From a virus (Duplodnaviria > Caudoviricetes), in IMG/VR virus record IMGVR_UViG_3300021387_000161, positions 64,001 to 128,000 of that record: a stretch of DNA of 64,000 nucleotides; one strand, written 5' to 3'. The translations under genes were made by a program, and so were the position numbers. The notes below the pieces were generated by a model. That model saw only the letters and a program-made list of their open reading frames with translations, was not told where the DNA came from and searched no databases. Numbering within the stretch: the first letter of the stretch is position 1; the number at the start of each line of letters is the position of its first letter. Of the stretch, positions 48,243 to 55,918 are shown piece after piece.

Positions 48243-48647
48243 TTATTTATCATTCTCATCTTTTTTATGTTTTATAGTATATGTATAAGTATCTTTATTA
48301 GATTTTAATGGACTCTTTGATATAACTTTATCAAGACAATCCTCATTTTTATTAACTGTAATACAAGTACTGCCAGTATTCAACTTACTGCCATCTATTG
48401 TTATATGATTATCCGCAGTAGATGTAGCCGTTGTAATTGCTGAAGTAGTCAGAGGATCTGTAGCAGTACTAAACCAATTATAATAATATGGATAAGGCTT
48501 ATATCTATAAGGCGTATTATAGTAATAATATCTATTACTACCATCATTAAAACCTTCATTATAAATCTCGTCTAATACTTCTTTTAATTCTGATTCAGTA
48601 AATTCTATTTTTCCATATTTATTTTTCTTAAAAACTTTACTTTTCAT
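48243..48647 (-). CDS. Hypothetical protein
   Basis: Track ORF 48243-48689; start more likely MKSKV at 48647 because the upstream microprotein overlaps. Confidence 0.45.
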   Translation of the reverse strand: MKSKVFKKNKYGKIEFTESELKEVLDEIYNEGFNDGSNRYYYYNTPYRYKPYPYYYNWFSTATDPLTTSAITTATSTADNHITIDGSKLNTGSTCITVNKNEDCLDKVISKSPLKSNKDTYTYTIKHKKDENDK

Positions 48648-48807
48648 TTGGTTTTTTATTCCTTTCATACAACATTTCACGTATATCATCTAATTTATCA
48701 TTATAGAATTCATGCAATTTACATTCTCTTTTATAAGAGATGTATTCTTCTGTTACAAACCCAATCAACCATCCTCCAAAAGAACAAATAATATAATTAA
48801 TGAACAT
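48637..48807 (-). CDS. Membrane-anchored microprotein (56 aa)
   Basis: Manual: MFINYIICSFGGWLIGFVTEEYISYKRECKLHEFYNDKLDDIREMLYERNKKPNEK; TAATG coupling; SD GAGGT. Confidence 0.55.
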   Translation of the reverse strand: MFINYIICSFGGWLIGFVTEEYISYKRECKLHEFYNDKLDDIREMLYERNKKPNEK

Positions 48808-48974
48808 TATCTTACCTCATCATTTTTCCTCAATTGATATAACAATTCAACTGTATCATCTAATTGTTTATCATACTCCATAAGCTTTTCTGTGTATATA
48901 TGATGTGAAACTGCTTCAGCTATAATTCCACCAATACACATACCAGCTAATACACAAATAACATTAATCAACAT
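48807..48974 (-). CDS. Membrane-anchored microprotein (55 aa)
   Basis: Manual: MLINVICVLAGMCIGGIIAEAVSHHIYTEKLMEYDKQLDDTVELLYQLRKNDEVR; SD AAGGAGG. Confidence 0.6.
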   Translation of the reverse strand: MLINVICVLAGMCIGGIIAEAVSHHIYTEKLMEYDKQLDDTVELLYQLRKNDEVR

Positions 48975-49884
48975 GTTTAGTACCCTCCTTATCTAATGTA
49001 AAAAATAATAACTCATATGAATAAGGCAAAGTTTTAAATTGTTCTACTAACCATCTCCATTCTGATAATTTATGATTATGTCTTTGATGAATTATATTTA
49101 ATACATTTTCATAATTCATTGTAATAGTTCTTGTCTGTAACCAAGATTCTGGCAACCATCTAATTAATTCTTTCCAATATCGTTTGTCTTTTGTTTCTAA
49201 ATATGCAAGTCTTAATTCTTCAAGAAATTGTATAATAGTAGGTTCATTGTAAGAATCCATACCAGATGTCTCTACCATATCTTTAATACACATATTATAT
49301 GTATACCAATTATCCCCATGATCATCTACCCCATTAAGATAAATTAAATCAGGATTATAATCATCTATCTCAAAACAATCTAATGTGATTGGTTTAGAAG
49401 TTAATTTATGCATTGTTGAAGTTGAATTAGCTACTGTCCCAACTTTATATGTATCAAATTCTTTCCAAAAGTATAAAGGAGCTGTTAGATCAAATGATAC
49501 AATTATTTGACGAAGAAATTTACGATGTTCGCCTCCCGCTTTTATTAACTTTTGTGCTAATTCTAAATCTTTAGGTCCTAATAAAGCAATGTTTCCTAAA
49601 CTTGGATCTGCTTTACTTCGACTTAATAAACAATTATCAAATAACCAAATCGTATAATTAGACAGTAGTTTTTTATATTCCTCTGATTCTTTATCAGTAA
49701 TAGGATTTTCTCTATACGTATTATAATGATCAATCCAACTACTAGCTACTTCTTCGTAAGTTTGTGTATTATATATTTTTGATATATCAAATATACTATC
49801 ACTTCTATCCCAACTTTCTTTTGGGTTACGCATACCTCTAAATGCGCATTTAAAATTATGTACTTCTAAATTTTTTATTATCAT
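48964..49884 (-). CDS. Divergent ThyX-like (flavin-dependent thymidylate synthase fold) protein
   Basis: GGEHRKFLRQIIVSFDLTAPLYFWKEFDTYK...STSTMH...LPESW...NY...QRHNHKLSEW follows the ThyX layout but lacks the canonical RHRxxS motif. Confidence 0.6.
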   Translation of the reverse strand: MIIKNLEVHNFKCAFRGMRNPKESWDRSDSIFDISKIYNTQTYEEVASSWIDHYNTYRENPITDKESEEYKKLLSNYTIWLFDNCLLSRSKADPSLGNIALLGPKDLELAQKLIKAGGEHRKFLRQIIVSFDLTAPLYFWKEFDTYKVGTVANSTSTMHKLTSKPITLDCFEIDDYNPDLIYLNGVDDHGDNWYTYNMCIKDMVETSGMDSYNEPTIIQFLEELRLAYLETKDKRYWKELIRWLPESWLQTRTITMNYENVLNIIHQRHNHKLSEWRWLVEQFKTLPYSYELLFFTLDKEGTKHVD

Positions 49885-49888
49885 ACAT

Positions 49889-49957
49889 TCACCTATAAGA
49901 AACGAATATTGTAATTACTAATAGTACTGCTATAATAATGATTTCATATATAGTCAT
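49889..49957 (-). CDS. 22-aa single-TM microprotein
   Basis: MTIYEIIIIAVLLVITIFVSYR; strong SD GGGAGG; fills the intergenic gap. Confidence 0.5.
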   Translation of the reverse strand: MTIYEIIIIAVLLVITIFVSYR

Positions 49958-49959
49958 TA

Positions 49960-50409
49960 TTATTTTTCCTCCCAAATATCTATGAGATCTTCAATTTCAA
50001 TTTCTTCTTCTTCACAAATATCTTCTAATGATTTAGGATTTATTTCCTCAACAACATCCCCGTTTTCATCCATATATAATGTATTACCTTGCTGTCTAGC
50101 TTCCAGAGCTCTTATTCCCATTTCAGCATAAGCATCTCTCCTGCCATTTGAATATGCCCTATGTTCATAGGCTTCTTTCTTTCTTACAGGATCATCAAAA
50201 TCTTCAAGAACTTTTTCTGCATTTTTTATAACTTCATCACAAGTTTCTTTAATATCTGCAAGTTCTTTCTTATAAGATTCTGCTACCTGCCTAGTCATAT
50301 TTAAACTTTCTTGTGATCGATCATACAATTTAACATATTTCTTATACTCAGTTTCATATGTGTTGATTCTAAAAATTTTAATAATGATCCTTTGAAATTT
50401 ATTATTCAT
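49960..50409 (-). CDS. Hypothetical coiled-coil protein
   Basis: 149 aa; SD AAGGAGG; own promoter. Confidence 0.6.
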   Translation of the reverse strand: MNNKFQRIIIKIFRINTYETEYKKYVKLYDRSQESLNMTRQVAESYKKELADIKETCDEVIKNAEKVLEDFDDPVRKKEAYEHRAYSNGRRDAYAEMGIRALEARQQGNTLYMDENGDVVEEINPKSLEDICEEEEIEIEDLIDIWEEK

Positions 50410-50437
50410 ATCTTATTCCTCCTTATATTATATAGTT

Positions 50438-50466
50438 ATTATATAATACTATTTTATATTTGTAAA
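50438..50466 (-). promoter_or_regulatory. sigmaA-type promoter TTTACA-N17-TATAAT
   Basis: Boxes read directly, 17-bp spacer. Confidence 0.75.
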
Positions 50467-50475
50467 TAAACAAAA

Positions 50476-50507
50476 TTAAAAGGTCCTTAATATTAAGGAC
50501 CTTTTAA
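50476..50507. terminator. 32-bp perfect palindrome, probable bidirectional terminator
   Basis: TTAAAAGGTCCTTAATATTAAGGACCTTTTAA immediately after the HTH gene stop. Confidence 0.7.
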
Positions 50508-50870
50508 CTAGGAGGAAACAACTGGAGAAAACTTCTTATTCTCCTTCAACAAAAGCCGTTTATAATTGGCAAGTTCTCTTTTTTTAGTTGGATTATATTC
50601 TGTAGTATATCTCATCCTTCTATACAAGTCTCGTTTTCTAAGTTTCTCTGACTCATTATAGGATTCAACACAAGCTCTTTTTACAGTATCCCAGGAAACT
50701 GAAAAATAATCTGCAATATAGCTGATACTCTTACCAGCATTATACATCTGAATCATTCTACGTCTAAGTGATTTAGTAACTTTCCTACGTCTGTCATAAT
50801 TTGTACCAGCAATGTGTACTACCTTATTAACTACAGAATCTGAGGAATTGATAATGTCTTTTCTTGTCAT
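50508..50870 (-). CDS. Basic helix-turn-helix DNA-binding protein
   Basis: RRMIQMYNAGKSISYIADYFSVSWDTVKR; monocistronic between promoter and terminator. Confidence 0.7.
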   Translation of the reverse strand: MTRKDIINSSDSVVNKVVHIAGTNYDRRRKVTKSLRRRMIQMYNAGKSISYIADYFSVSWDTVKRACVESYNESEKLRKRDLYRRMRYTTEYNPTKKRELANYKRLLLKENKKFSPVVSS

Positions 50871-50916
50871 AACTTGTCTCCTTTCAATATCTTGAACTAT
50901 TATTTATTACGATATA

Positions 50917-50945
50917 ATTATAATACACTTTATATTAAATGTAAA
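50917..50945 (-). promoter_or_regulatory. sigmaA-type promoter TTTACA-N17-TATAAT
   Basis: Boxes read directly, 17-bp spacer. Confidence 0.75.
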
Positions 50946-50967
50946 TATTAAACTTAAATTATTTCTA

Positions 50968-51132
50968 TTAACTGTAAAATCCACCTAATATCAACAACCC
51001 AAAAACAATAACAAAACCAATTATGGTATCTTTACAATTCCACGTACCAGTTTTAGGTTGTCCAGATTTAGACAATGCAATTATAAAAGATAATCCTAAC
51101 CAAATGGTTAACAAAATTTTTCCTATAAGCAT
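50968..51132 (-). CDS. Small two-TM membrane protein (54 aa)
   Basis: Manual: MLIGKILLTIWLGLSFIIALSKSGQPKTGTWNCKDTIIGFVIVFGLLILGGFYS. Confidence 0.55.
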   Translation of the reverse strand: MLIGKILLTIWLGLSFIIALSKSGQPKTGTWNCKDTIIGFVIVFGLLILGGFYS

Positions 51133-51153
51133 ATCATTACCTACTTTCTTTAT

Positions 51154-51378
51154 TTATACCTCGTCGCTCCATTTTCCATTTCTTAAGTATACTGGAAAAT
51201 CATCAGGAATTGGGCTACCACAAAATGGACAAAAGTTATACTTCTCATGTACTTCATAATCTTCCCATTGTACTTGTGCGTTTTCAACTACTTTTCCACA
51301 ATTATCACATAAATAATCTACTTTATATAAGATACCACTCCATTGGTTACCATCTGTGTGTCTTAAAAACTTCTTCAT
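51154..51378 (-). CDS. Small zinc-ribbon protein
   Basis: CDNC...FCPFCG. Confidence 0.65.
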   Translation of the reverse strand: MKKFLRHTDGNQWSGILYKVDYLCDNCGKVVENAQVQWEDYEVHEKYNFCPFCGSPIPDDFPVYLRNGKWSDEV

Positions 51379-51383
51379 TATAC

Positions 51384-51572
51384 TTATTCTCCATATAAAG
51401 ACTTAAATTCATCATCAATCTGTTTTAAAAATATATCTTTAAGTCTAGCTTTAACTACTTCTTCTCCACACTTATCACAGCATATTCCTTCTTTTTTAAT
51501 AGGCCAAGGATTATTCCCATACCCAGTAAATTCTTTGCCACATATACAGCATACATGCTTTTTATTATTCAT
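51384..51572 (-). CDS. Small zinc-finger protein
   Basis: CCICGKEFTGYGNNPWP...CCDKC; start set at MNNKK (SD GAGGAGG). Confidence 0.65.
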   Translation of the reverse strand: MNNKKHVCCICGKEFTGYGNNPWPIKKEGICCDKCGEEVVKARLKDIFLKQIDDEFKSLYGE

Positions 51573-51675
51573 CGTCTTCCTCCTCATAAGCTAATGAACA
51601 ATTATCACAATTACAACAGCACATGCTATTCTGTTCACATTTACTTTCTGTCCATGCCCACATACTTACACTCAT
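51565..51675 (-). CDS. Cys-rich microprotein (36 aa)
   Basis: MSVSMWAWTESKCEQNSMCCCNCDNCSLAYEEEDDE; SD AAGGAGG upstream of 51675. Confidence 0.55.
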   Translation of the reverse strand: MSVSMWAWTESKCEQNSMCCCNCDNCSLAYEEEDDE

Positions 51676-51688
51676 TTCTATTACCTCC

Positions 51689-51892
51689 TTAATTCTCAAT
51701 ATAACACTCAACATCACCCATCTGCAAAGACAAAGATTTAGCATCATAAAGTTCTCCAAAGTACAAATGACTCTCAAAAAGATCTTTGTAAATACCACTA
51801 GGAACTTTAGTATATGAATCGGATTCATCTCCTACTACAAATATAGTAGTACCACCCTTCATATTATTAAGTGTCTCCAAAGTCGCTTTCAT
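51689..51892 (-). CDS. Small hypothetical protein
   Basis: 67 aa; SD AGGAGG. Confidence 0.55.
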   Translation of the reverse strand: MKATLETLNNMKGGTTIFVVGDESDSYTKVPSGIYKDLFESHLYFGELYDAKSLSLQMGDVECYIEN

Positions 51893-51903
51893 AATATTAC
51901 CTC

Positions 51904-52101
51904 CTACATAAAATTATCAATAGGATAAACCTTTCCTAAATTAAACCCTTCCTCATACCAACAATGATCCGAAATACTTGGAACATCTATAATTAAATGA
52001 TCATCATAAACTTCTTTTACAGTACTTTCTTCAAAATCACCGTTGTCTAATCTACAATAAACTTTTTGATCTTTATGAAATATATGAGTTAAATTTACCA
52101 T
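51904..52101 (-). CDS. Small hypothetical protein
   Basis: 65 aa; SD AAGGAGG; promoter upstream. Confidence 0.55.
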   Translation of the reverse strand: MVNLTHIFHKDQKVYCRLDNGDFEESTVKEVYDDHLIIDVPSISDHCWYEEGFNLGKVYPIDNFM

Positions 52102-52124
52102 ATTACTTCCTCCTTACATTATTT

Positions 52125-52153
52125 ATAATATACTAAATACATAACATTGTAAA
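52125..52153 (-). promoter_or_regulatory. sigmaA-type promoter TTTACA-N17-TATTAT
   Basis: Same TATTTACA -35 context as the other promoters. Confidence 0.6.
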
Positions 52154-52155
52154 TA

Positions 52156-52692
52156 TTATTCGAAATAATAATATAATCCAGACATTTCTTCAGTAATGAT
52201 AACATCTATAAAACATCCATAGTCATTTCTAACGAAGCTACCAACTACTGTTTCATACTTATTATATTTTTCTTTGTATTCTTTGTAGGAAACAGTTTTT
52301 ACTTCCTTAACATTTGATATTCTACATCTCTGTAAATCACGTTTTATGTCTTGTATATCTTCTTCTGTCAAAACACCATGACTTATATTTTCAACTTTAC
52401 ATCTAGTAAGAACTATCTGTTCTTCTCCTTTGTAGTTTGAAATATCTTTAACACATGCCTTTATAACAACTTTATCTCCTACATCACATGGTTCAAAAGT
52501 ATTATCATCTAATGAAATTCCAAGAGATACTGAAGTCTTCCATACATATACATTACGTTCTGTATCAACAAACTTATAAATATGTCTGCACCCATCATCG
52601 TAATAATGTCTAGGTTCTACACCATAAACTATATCATCTATAAGAACTAACTCCGTTTTTATCTTATCCTTAATATCCAACATTGTTTTCAC
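52156..52692 (-). CDS. Hypothetical protein, possible OB-fold
   Basis: YKFVD..GDKVVIKACVK..YKGEEQIVLTRCKV pattern; GTG start. Confidence 0.5.
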   Translation of the reverse strand: MKTMLDIKDKIKTELVLIDDIVYGVEPRHYYDDGCRHIYKFVDTERNVYVWKTSVSLGISLDDNTFEPCDVGDKVVIKACVKDISNYKGEEQIVLTRCKVENISHGVLTEEDIQDIKRDLQRCRISNVKEVKTVSYKEYKEKYNKYETVVGSFVRNDYGCFIDVIITEEMSGLYYYFE

Positions 52693-52709
52693 CTTCCTTT
52701 CCTATAATT

Positions 52710-52738
52710 ATAATAACATATCCCATTATAAATGTACA
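52710..52738 (-). promoter_or_regulatory. sigmaA-type promoter TGTACA-N17-TATTAT
   Basis: Near-consensus boxes between a terminator and the next gene. Confidence 0.5.
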
Positions 52739-52756
52739 TACTTTTTATAAAAAAAT

Positions 52757-52788
52757 AAAAAAAAACACCTACTTTTTAGTAGGTGTTT
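52757..52788 (-). terminator. Intrinsic terminator
   Basis: AAACACCTACT / AGTAGGTGTTT stem with a long T-run. Confidence 0.8.
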
Positions 52789-52808
52789 CCTATCATACTA
52801 TAGATTAT

Positions 52809-54296
52809 TTATTCTGTTTCTATTTCTTTATGTTTACAAAGTATCATTATAATAAGCTGTAAAGTTAAGAAAGCAATCATTATTAATGTCCATTGATCAA
52901 CTAATACCATCGGAAGAGTCATATCTTCTGTGATTAAGAATACAAATCCAGTTACTATAGCTACTACAATACTAATTATTCTTCCAAGCATTCTATTCCT
53001 TATTTCTAATTCATCGCTTTCTTTTCGTTTATTGATTAAAGCAAATATTAACAAAATAATAGTAATTAAGAAAGTTAGTAATGTTGCTATTAAATTAATT
53101 AATGCCCAACTGCCTTCTTGTTGAATAATACTTCTAGGTGGGTCGTTATTTTGTACTACTTTTGTTTGTACATAATTATCTTCTGTAATAACATGATTAA
53201 TAATTGATGGTGTATTATTCTTAATTATTGGTTTATCAAACAATGATAAATAAGATAGATATTCTAAATATGCTCTTTTTTCTGGATATGATAAAGCATT
53301 AAAAACTTCCAGATCTAATACAGGCATAACAGGTATATTTGCATATTCAAATGGAGTTTTTAATTCATAAAAAGATGTCCATTGATATTCATACACCATA
53401 CTTATATCTTCAAATGACCAATAATATTCATTAGTACTATTAGCATAACTAATTTGATGAGTATCACCATTTTGCCAATCAGTAACTACATCTGCCGTAG
53501 GATATTCCTGTAATATAGAAAATGAATTACTCCATACTCCATAAGTATGATTACTATCTGTATTATAAAAGAATAAACATGATACATCATTTATAACATC
53601 TGATTTAGGTGCCATTCCATAAAAAATAATTGTATCATTAGCATCTATTTCAAAATCAATACTGTTAAATATATTAGCAGCTGGGAAATTATGTTCTAAA
53701 TGAACTGGTATCATTCTACCGGATTTATTTTCAGCTTCTATTATTGTGTATGTATCTGTAATAGTAACTTTAGGGGCATTTGTATTTCTTTGTACAGAAT
53801 TATTTACTGATTCCTCATCAACACCTAAAGCAATGTGATAATTCTTAACTGAAGTATTATATCGCTCTACATAATCATTATAATTTTTAACAGCTTCATT
53901 ATACTGATCTAATGAATCGTATCTAGGATCAGCTAGAACTCGTTCCTCAAAAGCTTTATCCTTATCATATTGTTCTTTTTCAATATCATATTGCTTTTGT
54001 TTTTCTTCGTTGACTTTATCAACTCTTTCTTGTTCTAATTTGTTTTGCTCGTCGATGTCTTTTACAGCAGTATTATATTCTTCATCTACCGCTTGATTGT
54101 ATTCCTTTGCTTGCTCGTTATAATCTTTTACTTCTTCGTTGTATTCTTTTATCTTGTTGTTATCTTTATAATTTTCAACTTTTGGTTTTGTTGGCTCTGT
54201 AGGAGGATTATCCAAATCTGCGTCAGCAAAACTGTAAAAAGGAACTGAAAAAATAAAGATAATTGCAAGACAAATACCTAGTATTTTTCTTCTCAT
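52809..54296 (-). CDS. Exported surface protein with signal peptide, coiled coil and C-terminal three-TM anchor
   Basis: MRRKILGICLAIIFIFSVPFYSFA-D signal peptide; YN-repeat coiled coil; three hydrophobic helices at the C-terminus. Confidence 0.75.
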   Translation of the reverse strand: MRRKILGICLAIIFIFSVPFYSFADADLDNPPTEPTKPKVENYKDNNKIKEYNEEVKDYNEQAKEYNQAVDEEYNTAVKDIDEQNKLEQERVDKVNEEKQKQYDIEKEQYDKDKAFEERVLADPRYDSLDQYNEAVKNYNDYVERYNTSVKNYHIALGVDEESVNNSVQRNTNAPKVTITDTYTIIEAENKSGRMIPVHLEHNFPAANIFNSIDFEIDANDTIIFYGMAPKSDVINDVSCLFFYNTDSNHTYGVWSNSFSILQEYPTADVVTDWQNGDTHQISYANSTNEYYWSFEDISMVYEYQWTSFYELKTPFEYANIPVMPVLDLEVFNALSYPEKRAYLEYLSYLSLFDKPIIKNNTPSIINHVITEDNYVQTKVVQNNDPPRSIIQQEGSWALINLIATLLTFLITIILLIFALINKRKESDELEIRNRMLGRIISIVVAIVTGFVFLITEDMTLPMVLVDQWTLIMIAFLTLQLIIMILCKHKEIETE

Positions 54297-54460
54297 TTTA
54301 TTTTTCCTCTACTTATATTAATCTTTTCAGTATTTTTACACGTTTGGAAAATAACTGCCCTACAATTATATTAAAAATCCTATTTGTATTCATTTATTAC
54401 CATATTAATTAAGTGTTGTATCTAACAGCCATAACCTTACGTTGTAATTGAACAATATAA

Positions 54461-54470
54461 TAATTTAGCA
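54461..54470 (-). promoter_or_regulatory. TGCTAAATTA motif (candidate late promoter)
   Basis: In tandem with a sigmaA promoter upstream of the surface-protein gene. Confidence 0.55.
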
Positions 54471-54484
54471 TATCATTTTAAATT

Positions 54485-54513
54485 ATTATATACTATTATT
54501 ACAATATTGTAAA
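54485..54513 (-). promoter_or_regulatory. sigmaA-type promoter TTTACA-N17-TATAAT
   Basis: Boxes read directly, 17-bp spacer. Confidence 0.7.
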
Positions 54514-54514
54514 T

Positions 54515-54542
54515 AAAAAAGAGTGGATTTCTCCACTCTTTT
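54515..54542 (-). terminator. Intrinsic terminator after the major capsid gene
   Basis: AAAAGAGTGGA / TCCACTCTTTT stem with T-run. Confidence 0.8.
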
Positions 54543-54571
54543 AGTATGTTTAATGTAATTAACTAAATCTT

Positions 54572-55876
54572 TTATGCTACTATAGCACCTTTGATTAACA
54601 GATCTTTATTTAAGATCTTGCAATCATACATAGTTGACCAACCTTGACTCATTCCGCCATCAGCAAATCCAAGTAACTGAGTTGGAACTACTGGCATATA
54701 TGGAGCATAGATACCAGCTGCAGCCTGCATAGCACCTTGGTTAACGCCAAGAATGAAAGTTCCAGCTTCGATATTAGGAGTTACGAATACTTTCATACCA
54801 GCTATAGTTCCTGCAAAGTAAGGACCATTAATGTCTGATACTGAAGCAGCTTGGAATCCAGGAACGAACTGAAGAACTGGCATTACATTTGAAGCAACTA
54901 ACATGAAGTTAGGAGTAAACTTCTTAGTTCTGTCATAAAGTGCCATCTTGTACTCTTCTAACTTAGCAGCAAATGCAGCATAGTGATCAGCTAAGTTAAC
55001 GCCTACAGGAAGAGTTTTACTAAAGTTAGCTACTGCAGCTACTGGTTGTGCGGCATCAATTAACATATTACAAATTTCAGTATCGATTTCATATGATAAC
55101 TGACCAACAGCTTGTTCAGCTAAACCGTCAGCTAAATCGAAACCGTAATCTGTCTTAGCTTGGAAAGCTGCCATCTGGCTGTAGAATACAGCAATTCTTC
55201 TAGCTCTAGCTTCAAGACCGATATTCTTTAATTCTGCCTTTAAAGTAGGAAGAGTTTCTTGAGGAATAATTACGTTGTCATACTTATAAGCAATCTTCTT
55301 AACAGTACCTGAAACTGTAGCAGTTACAGTACCATCTTCAGCTACTGAAACGGCAGTAGCTTCAAGGTCAACACCGTCAGCATCAAGTAACTTAACACTA
55401 TCTTCAACTACTGGCGTAAATGCAACTTTAGTTGTTCCAGAAGTAAAAGTATCAACTGGTTCTACAACTGCTTGACCAGTGTAGTTAACATCTACATCAC
55501 CAAGAGCCCAAATATTATTTGTTAAATCGCCTTCACTTGATTCACCCTTAGTAGTTCCTTTTACATACTCGATATATGCTACATTACCATACATTGAGCT
55601 CATAGGACTTACATGTACTAAATCAAAAGCGATTAAGTTAGGAAGACCAACATTAGTTAAAGCGATACAAAATCTCTTGTAATCTCCCATTGCTGATCTT
55701 TGAGTTCCCATTGAAGAATCAAAAGCCTCATTGAGGAATTTATTAACATTGTCTAAACATTTTGCAACAGTGATTTTTCTCATGTTATCCATGGATTCAC
55801 CGTTGTGTCTATTTTGATATACAGCCTCTGCTAACTGTAATTTTTTTGAATATTTTTCTAATAATCTATTTGCCAT
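54572..55876 (-). CDS. Major capsid protein (T4 gp23-like)
   Basis: PNLIAFDLVHVSPM...ARARRI...LSYEIDTEI...IYAPYMP; FLNEA putative maturation site near residue 50. Confidence 0.92.
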   Translation of the reverse strand: MANRLLEKYSKKLQLAEAVYQNRHNGESMDNMRKITVAKCLDNVNKFLNEAFDSSMGTQRSAMGDYKRFCIALTNVGLPNLIAFDLVHVSPMSSMYGNVAYIEYVKGTTKGESSEGDLTNNIWALGDVDVNYTGQAVVEPVDTFTSGTTKVAFTPVVEDSVKLLDADGVDLEATAVSVAEDGTVTATVSGTVKKIAYKYDNVIIPQETLPTLKAELKNIGLEARARRIAVFYSQMAAFQAKTDYGFDLADGLAEQAVGQLSYEIDTEICNMLIDAAQPVAAVANFSKTLPVGVNLADHYAAFAAKLEEYKMALYDRTKKFTPNFMLVASNVMPVLQFVPGFQAASVSDINGPYFAGTIAGMKVFVTPNIEAGTFILGVNQGAMQAAAGIYAPYMPVVPTQLLGFADGGMSQGWSTMYDCKILNKDLLIKGAIVA

Positions 55877-55918
55877 AATATTTATTTCCTTTATTTAATT
55901 GTCAATATTATTGTAATT

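Noticed and set aside
54297-54460. Riboswitch in the leader of the surface-protein gene
   Set aside because: No recognisable aptamer consensus or convincing stem found by eye; an Infernal scan would settle it
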